The notes under the pieces are model-generated. The model was not told where the DNA came from and did no database searches. It saw only the letters and a program-made list of their open reading frames with translations. The position numbers and the translations under genes were made by a program. Below are positions 59,228 through 64,000 of a stretch of 64,000 nt of DNA, piece by piece. The stretch lies in assembly GCA_038230375.1 (NCBI GenBank), contig JBBRNJ010000009.1, forward strand, positions 32,001 through 96,000, in the 5' to 3' direction. Numbering within the stretch: the first letter of the stretch is position 1; every line of letters begins with the position of its first letter. Source of the stretch: Polyangiales bacterium (GTDB taxonomy: Bacteria; Myxococcota_A; Polyangia; Polyangiales; Polyangiaceae).

Positions 59228-60343
59228 ATGGCCGCCGAGAAAGAGACCGCGAAGGAGCAGCCCACCGTGAAGAGTCGCATCTTCTCCGTCGCGACGTTGT
59301 GCGGCGTCGTCACGCTGCTCGGGTTTGCAGTGAACGGCGTCTACCGGGTCGCCACGGACCAGTTCGTTGCGCCCTGCGTTCTCTCGCCCGACAGCGATCT
59401 CGTGATCCAGTCGAAGCTGAGCATGGCGCAGCTCGTCTCCGAGCGTTTCCGCGTGACCACGCGCCGCGAGGAGATCGAGGTCACCGTGGAGGCCAGCGAC
59501 CGCGCGATCAAGGAGCTCGACGATCTGAAGGAGAACACCACGCGCGGCCTGGACTTCACGGTCGTCGTGACCGAGAAGCAGATGAGCGCGAGCACGACCG
59601 ACCTTCGTGCCCTCGCGCGCCAGCGCACGGACCTGATCTCCATGATCGAGCAGCAAGAGAACTTCACGGCCCAGGTGAAGAAGGACCTCGAGGCGGGCCT
59701 TGCCGCGAAGGCCGACTACGCGCGCGCCAATCAGATGCTGAGCCAGATGAAGATCTCGCTCATCGACAACGACCGCGCGCGCATCACGAGCGAGGAGACC
59801 AAGGACGAGGCCGCTCTCGCGCATCAGGCGCTCCGCGATCGTCACAAGCCTGGTCACATCGCCACGCCCGAGATGCTCACGCAACAAGAGCAGGTCGTGC
59901 GCCTCACGACAGAGATCATCAAGCTGCGCTCGGAGCGTCGCTCCGCGATCGCCGAGAAGACACACCTGGACGAGGAGCTCCGCATGATCGACCAGCTGAT
60001 GGGTCAGCTCAAGGAGCGCCCCGTGTTCAGCGCGGCAGACACGAGCATGACCGTTGCGTTCGTGCCGTACACGCAGATCGATGGCGTGGAGCGCGGCGCC
60101 GAGATCTACGACTGCGTCTGGGGGCTCTTCGCCTGCAAGGCCGTTGGGCACGTGACGAAGCTCCTGCCGGGCGAGGTGATCCTGCCGGATCCGTGGGGAA
60201 CGCTCACGCGCGGTCAGTACGCCACCATGGACATCGAGAACGCGGATTCGTCGCGATCGCGGACGCTCCGTGTGCGCCCGCAGCGGTTCGGTGCCGTGAC
60301 GCCGATGCCAAGGCCCGACCCGCGCGTCGCCAACGCAAAGTAG
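59228..60343 (+). CDS. module gene B2: candidate membrane-fusion adaptor
   Basis: TM, coiled coil, VAFVPYTQIDGV, YDC.WG.F.CK, PGEV.LPDPWG, RGQ shared with B1. Confidence 0.72.
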   Translation: MAAEKETAKEQPTVKSRIFSVATLCGVVTLLGFAVNGVYRVATDQFVAPCVLSPDSDLVIQSKLSMAQLVSERFRVTTRREEIEVTVEASDRAIKELDDLKENTTRGLDFTVVVTEKQMSASTTDLRALARQRTDLISMIEQQENFTAQVKKDLEAGLAAKADYARANQMLSQMKISLIDNDRARITSEETKDEAALAHQALRDRHKPGHIATPEMLTQQEQVVRLTTEIIKLRSERRSAIAEKTHLDEELRMIDQLMGQLKERPVFSAADTSMTVAFVPYTQIDGVERGAEIYDCVWGLFACKAVGHVTKLLPGEVILPDPWGTLTRGQYATMDIENADSSRSRTLRVRPQRFGAVTPMPRPDPRVANAK

Positions 60344-60371
60344 CAGTGCACGTTCAAGGGAGCACGGACTG

Positions 60372-62243
60372 ATGTTCTACGCGTTGAACCATCTCTCGAC
60401 GATCCTCACCACGCCGTACGGCATGGTCTCGTTCGCGTTCTTCGTGCTCTTCTTCGACTACTTCTATCTCTACCCGCGCTACTGGCTCCTGCGCGCGCTC
60501 CGCGGCTCCGCTGGCAACGCACCACGCACGGCGCTTCCGTCGGGCCTGCTCATCATCCCTTCGCTGCTTCGCGAGCAGGCGGAGCTGGATGCGATCAAGT
60601 CGACCATCGAGAGCGTCATTACGAATGACTACCCGGGCGACCTGATCATCATCGCGAGCATCGACGGCTACGAGGAAGCGCCCGCGCTGTATCGAGACCT
60701 CGCGCGATGGGTCGAGTCCCGGCAGGGTGACCTTGCGACGGGCGTGTGGCTCCATCTGACGGGTCGCCTGCAGCGGGGCGGCAAGCCGATGGCCATCGAG
60801 CAAGGCGTCCAGCACATGCACGAGCTGCTCGCGCGCGGCGCCCATGATGCGTTCCCCGAGATCTACTTCAGCACCGACGCCGACGCCGACCTGGGCCCAC
60901 GCGCGCTGGAGCACCTTGGCCGACGCCTCTGCATGAAGAACCCCATCACGGGCAGCCCCGGGCGCGCGGTGGCGGGCAACCTGTACGTGCGCGGCAACGA
61001 CTACTGGCGCGGGCTGCGCCACTTCTTCACGCAGGAGGGGCAGGTCAGCATCCAGGTCGCGCGCGACTATCTGGTCACCAACGTGACTCGCTACAACAAG
61101 CGCATGATGCCGATCGCCGGCACCACCGGCGTCCTCTACTGCATCTGGACGGACATCTTCCTGCAGGGGCCGCGCTTCATGGGCTTCATGCGGACGCTTC
61201 GGCTGCGCGACTGGCTCAAGTGGTGGCTTGGTTTTCCGCCGCCCAAGTTCTCGCAGAGCTCCGCCGCACCGATCCCCGAGCTGATGGTCGGCGACACCGA
61301 CGACACGGTGAGCGCGTTCCTCGCCATCGCCGCGCGCTGGCAAGATGGGCGCTTCACGCTCGATGCTCCGGCCACCCCGCTACATGCCGTCTACTACATG
61401 CTCCGCAGCGTGTTCATCGACCGCGCGCTCCGCCACGAGCCTGAGGCCCGCGTCTATACATCCTCCCCCACCACCGTGCGCACCCTGTGGAAGCAGCGCC
61501 GCCGCTGGAACACTGCGCGCATCGAGGTCACCGGCCGCTTCAGCCGCTCGCTCTGGTACCACTGGGACCTCGGCATCTGCACGATTGGCACGATGGCGAT
61601 GACGGCGCGCTACATCGCGGTCGCGCTCTACTGCTACGTACAGCTGCCCATCGCGTTTCTCCAGGGCAGCGCGCCGCTCCGCATCGCGATCGCGTTCAGC
61701 CTACAAATCACGATCTATTCGTTGTGGACGCTGATGGCGCTCTCCATGAACGGGGAGCTGCGCAAGAACTGGCGGCTGTTCCTGGCCGTGCCGCTCGCCC
61801 CGCTCTACATGCTTGTCTTCGCGTTCTTCACGACGCTGAGTGGCATCGTCAGCGACGTGTTCCTCTTTGGCAACGTCACGAGGTTCGCGCCGGAGTCCAC
61901 GCTGATCGTCGGGCGCTCCGTCCGCATCGCGCTGCTCTCGCGCGTGAGGCGTGCGTTGGTGCTCCTGGTCCGGTCGGCGATCTACGGCGACGTGCCGCTC
62001 GGACTGTTCTGGCTCGGATGGAACGACACGAAATGGACGCCAAGCGGCTTCCTTGGCTGGACCACCGGAAACCGGCCCACGCTACTCCAACGCCTTCGTC
62101 ACGGCGCCACGGCACCCACTCTCTCCACAATCGCACCCGCCGCAAGACCGCTGGCGATGGATGTGCTCCGCGAGAGCGTGCGAATCGCGCATGTCGCCCC
62201 AGCAAACGCCGTGGAGCCAGAGCGAAAAGCCGACGCGGCGTGA
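60372..62243 (+). CDS. module gene C2: processive GT2 membrane polysaccharide synthase
   Basis: SIDG, GGKPMA, TDADAD, GDTDDT, QRRRW, C-terminal TM helices and Trp-rich tail shared with C1. Confidence 0.87.
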   Translation: MFYALNHLSTILTTPYGMVSFAFFVLFFDYFYLYPRYWLLRALRGSAGNAPRTALPSGLLIIPSLLREQAELDAIKSTIESVITNDYPGDLIIIASIDGYEEAPALYRDLARWVESRQGDLATGVWLHLTGRLQRGGKPMAIEQGVQHMHELLARGAHDAFPEIYFSTDADADLGPRALEHLGRRLCMKNPITGSPGRAVAGNLYVRGNDYWRGLRHFFTQEGQVSIQVARDYLVTNVTRYNKRMMPIAGTTGVLYCIWTDIFLQGPRFMGFMRTLRLRDWLKWWLGFPPPKFSQSSAAPIPELMVGDTDDTVSAFLAIAARWQDGRFTLDAPATPLHAVYYMLRSVFIDRALRHEPEARVYTSSPTTVRTLWKQRRRWNTARIEVTGRFSRSLWYHWDLGICTIGTMAMTARYIAVALYCYVQLPIAFLQGSAPLRIAIAFSLQITIYSLWTLMALSMNGELRKNWRLFLAVPLAPLYMLVFAFFTTLSGIVSDVFLFGNVTRFAPESTLIVGRSVRIALLSRVRRALVLLVRSAIYGDVPLGLFWLGWNDTKWTPSGFLGWTTGNRPTLLQRLRHGATAPTLSTIAPAARPLAMDVLRESVRIAHVAPANAVEPERKADAA

Positions 62244-62250
62244 GCGCCTT

Positions 62251-63060
62251 TCAGTTGCAGGCAGGGGCGGCGCTTGCTGCGCCTGGGACGCGGACCTGGA
62301 AGTCGAAGGTTCCGTTGTCGGAGCGTACACCTGGTGGTCCCTGGATCTCGGAGGCGCTCGCGGGCAGCGCGCCCTCCCACGCAAGGACACCATCTGCGGT
62401 GACGCGCAGACGCTGACCCACGAGGTCCGCGCGGAGAGTGCGAGGAGCGCCCGCGACGATCGGCGCGACCGGACGATTGACGCTCGCTGTCGGCGTGACA
62501 TACCCGCCGTCTCCGCACTGAGCGTGCGTGGACTTCCCGGGATTGCGCTTCACGAGCACCTGGATTCCCTGGTCGGGGGCGATGTGCCACATCGCATAGA
62601 TGACGTTGCACGAGTCCTGCGCCTTGAGCTTCACGCCGATCTGACGCCGGATCTCGCCGTCCGCGAGCGGCTGCGTGTCCTTGCTGGGCCCGCGGTACGT
62701 GAAGTCCACCTCCGCGCTGCTGCTGCGGTCCGTGGAGAGGACGCCGCGCATGGCACCGGTGTCGACACGCATGTTCGTGGTGCTCCGGCCGACGCTTCCC
62801 TCGGTCGGGCAGAACTTGGATGGCGACACCACCGAGAGCGGCGTCAACGGCGCGGCCGGCTGGGGAACGATCATCGCCGCGGGGACCAGCGCGGATGACT
62901 TCTCACCAGGCTTCGTGACCGCGGCACGCGTGGTCGTCGTCGCGGCGGCGGGCACGGTCTTGGTCGCGGCAGTCGTCGGACCTGCAAACGCCTGGCACGC
63001 GAGGGCCGTGAAAGCGATGAACGAGCCCGCACTCACCGCTCGAAGTCTTCCGTGGTTCAT
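62251..63060 (-). CDS. module gene D2: secreted beta-rich protein (paralog of D1), inverted
   Basis: Signal peptide; QIGVKLKAQDSCNVIYAMWHIAPDQG, THAQCGDGGY, GVRSDN. Confidence 0.72.
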   Translation of the reverse strand: MNHGRLRAVSAGSFIAFTALACQAFAGPTTAATKTVPAAATTTTRAAVTKPGEKSSALVPAAMIVPQPAAPLTPLSVVSPSKFCPTEGSVGRSTTNMRVDTGAMRGVLSTDRSSSAEVDFTYRGPSKDTQPLADGEIRRQIGVKLKAQDSCNVIYAMWHIAPDQGIQVLVKRNPGKSTHAQCGDGGYVTPTASVNRPVAPIVAGAPRTLRADLVGQRLRVTADGVLAWEGALPASASEIQGPPGVRSDNGTFDFQVRVPGAASAAPACN

Positions 63061-63116
63061 TCCCGACGGAACGGGCGCCGCGGGTCGAACTTTAGGGCGA
63101 CCTCACGGTGACGAGC

Positions 63117-64000
63117 CTATTCCTTCTTCATTCGCGTCTCGATGGCGCTGATGGCCTTCTGCAGCGAACCGTCATGGATGCACTGGAGCGCGTCCTTCTT
63201 GCCGAACCAGCCCGTGGGCACGCGCACGAGAAGCGCCTTGAGCAGCGCGACGGTTCGCCCGTCACCGTCCGTCTGCGCGCGCTCCAGGAGCTCCTTCACC
63301 TTGCAGCTCTGGCCTGCGACGGCCAGGTCCAGGGTCACGCTCAGCGCGGAGGTCATCTTGGTTCTGAGGTCGGGCCGCTTCAGCAGCTTGCGCGCGCGTT
63401 CCTTTGCCTTCGCGTTGTACTGACCGGAGAGCCCGTATCCGATGTCGTAGAGATCATCGAGACCAACGGTGCCCATGTGCTTCTCGAGCAACGCAAACGC
63501 AAGATCCGCGGCGACGGCGTTGTTGGAGATCGCGGAGTCGCGGATCATGATGCGGACCTTCTGCTCGCCCGCAACCAGCGACACGCCCGCGTCTGCGGTG
63601 TCATCCAGCCACGCGGTGACGACCACCATGCACTCTTCGTTCTTGTCGGTCGCGTTGTATGCGGTGGCGAGCGCGCGGCGGACCTCGGGTCGGGTCTTGA
63701 GCTCTTCTGGAAGGCCAGAGAGCTTCTCGATGCCACTGCCATAGTCGCCGCGGTCGACGGATTGAATTCCGTCGTGCACGCGATCATCCGTAGGTGGCGG
63801 TGGCGTGCCGGCCCACCCGGAGGCGGACGCGGACGCGCTGACCTGTGCGACTGCGCCCGCATCGGAGGTGACGGTCTTGCCGCCGCTGCTCACCACCGCA
63901 ACGCCGACGATCGCGAGCAACACCACGACCACGACCGCGGCGCCGATGATGAGCGTCTTGGGCCTGGCGCGCACCGCGGCAGCCACGGACTCCGGAACCT
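63117..64000 (-). CDS. C-terminal part of a membrane protein (TM plus helical domain), 5'-truncated; possibly the extracellular part of a kinase
   Basis: Frame open toward the window edge, TM helix, S/A/P linker, helical domain with paired Cys. Confidence 0.6.
   Translation of the reverse strand, partial: VPESVAAAVRARPKTLIIGAAVVVVVLLAIVGVAVVSSGGKTVTSDAGAVAQVSASASASGWAGTPPPPTDDRVHDGIQSVDRGDYGSGIEKLSGLPEELKTRPEVRRALATAYNATDKNEECMVVVTAWLDDTADAGVSLVAGEQKVRIMIRDSAISNNAVAADLAFALLEKHMGTVGLDDLYDIGYGLSGQYNAKAKERARKLLKRPDLRTKMTSALSVTLDLAVAGQSCKVKELLERAQTDGDGRTVALLKALLVRVPTGWFGKKDALQCIHDGSLQKAISAIETRMKKE

Noticed and set aside
48692..63060. Module as a recently acquired island or prophage
   Set aside because: No integrase, transposase, tRNA or flanking repeats; composition looks like the rest of the window; core purCS lies within it.

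Overview
High-GC, gene-dense bacterial chromosome segment. Eukaryote-like Ser/Thr kinases, FHA, HDOD and PilZ proteins, sigma54 motifs and many Cys-rich or 'DAG'-linker lipoproteins suggest a myxobacterium, probably Polyangiales-like (inference). Housekeeping genes (gpmI, rnhA, ppa, dnaK, pcnB, thiolase, purC, purS) are interspersed with signalling and envelope genes. The most striking feature is a four-gene module present in two diverged copies (48.7-53.5 kb and 58.1-63.1 kb). Each copy encodes a secreted protein with a TolC/OEP-like helix and beta-hairpin pattern, a membrane-fusion-protein-like adaptor, a processive GT2 synthase (DxD, DD, QxxRW; QRRRW in copy 2) and a secreted beta-rich protein. 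A GH16 hydrolase and a heparinase II/III-like lyase are transcribed divergently from copy 2. I infer this to be a candidate undescribed synthase-dependent polysaccharide synthesis and export system. Also present: a TPR-HupE/UreJ-DUF4331 cluster whose two operons share an ECF-type promoter motif, a TMTC-like GT-C protein, an orphan SctL/FliH gene, an ECF sigma/anti-sigma pair preceded by a strong hairpin and a small ORF, and (GTCGAN)n arrays. I saw no rRNA, tRNA, CRISPR array, transposase or prophage. All family calls come from motif recognition by eye; no database searches were run.
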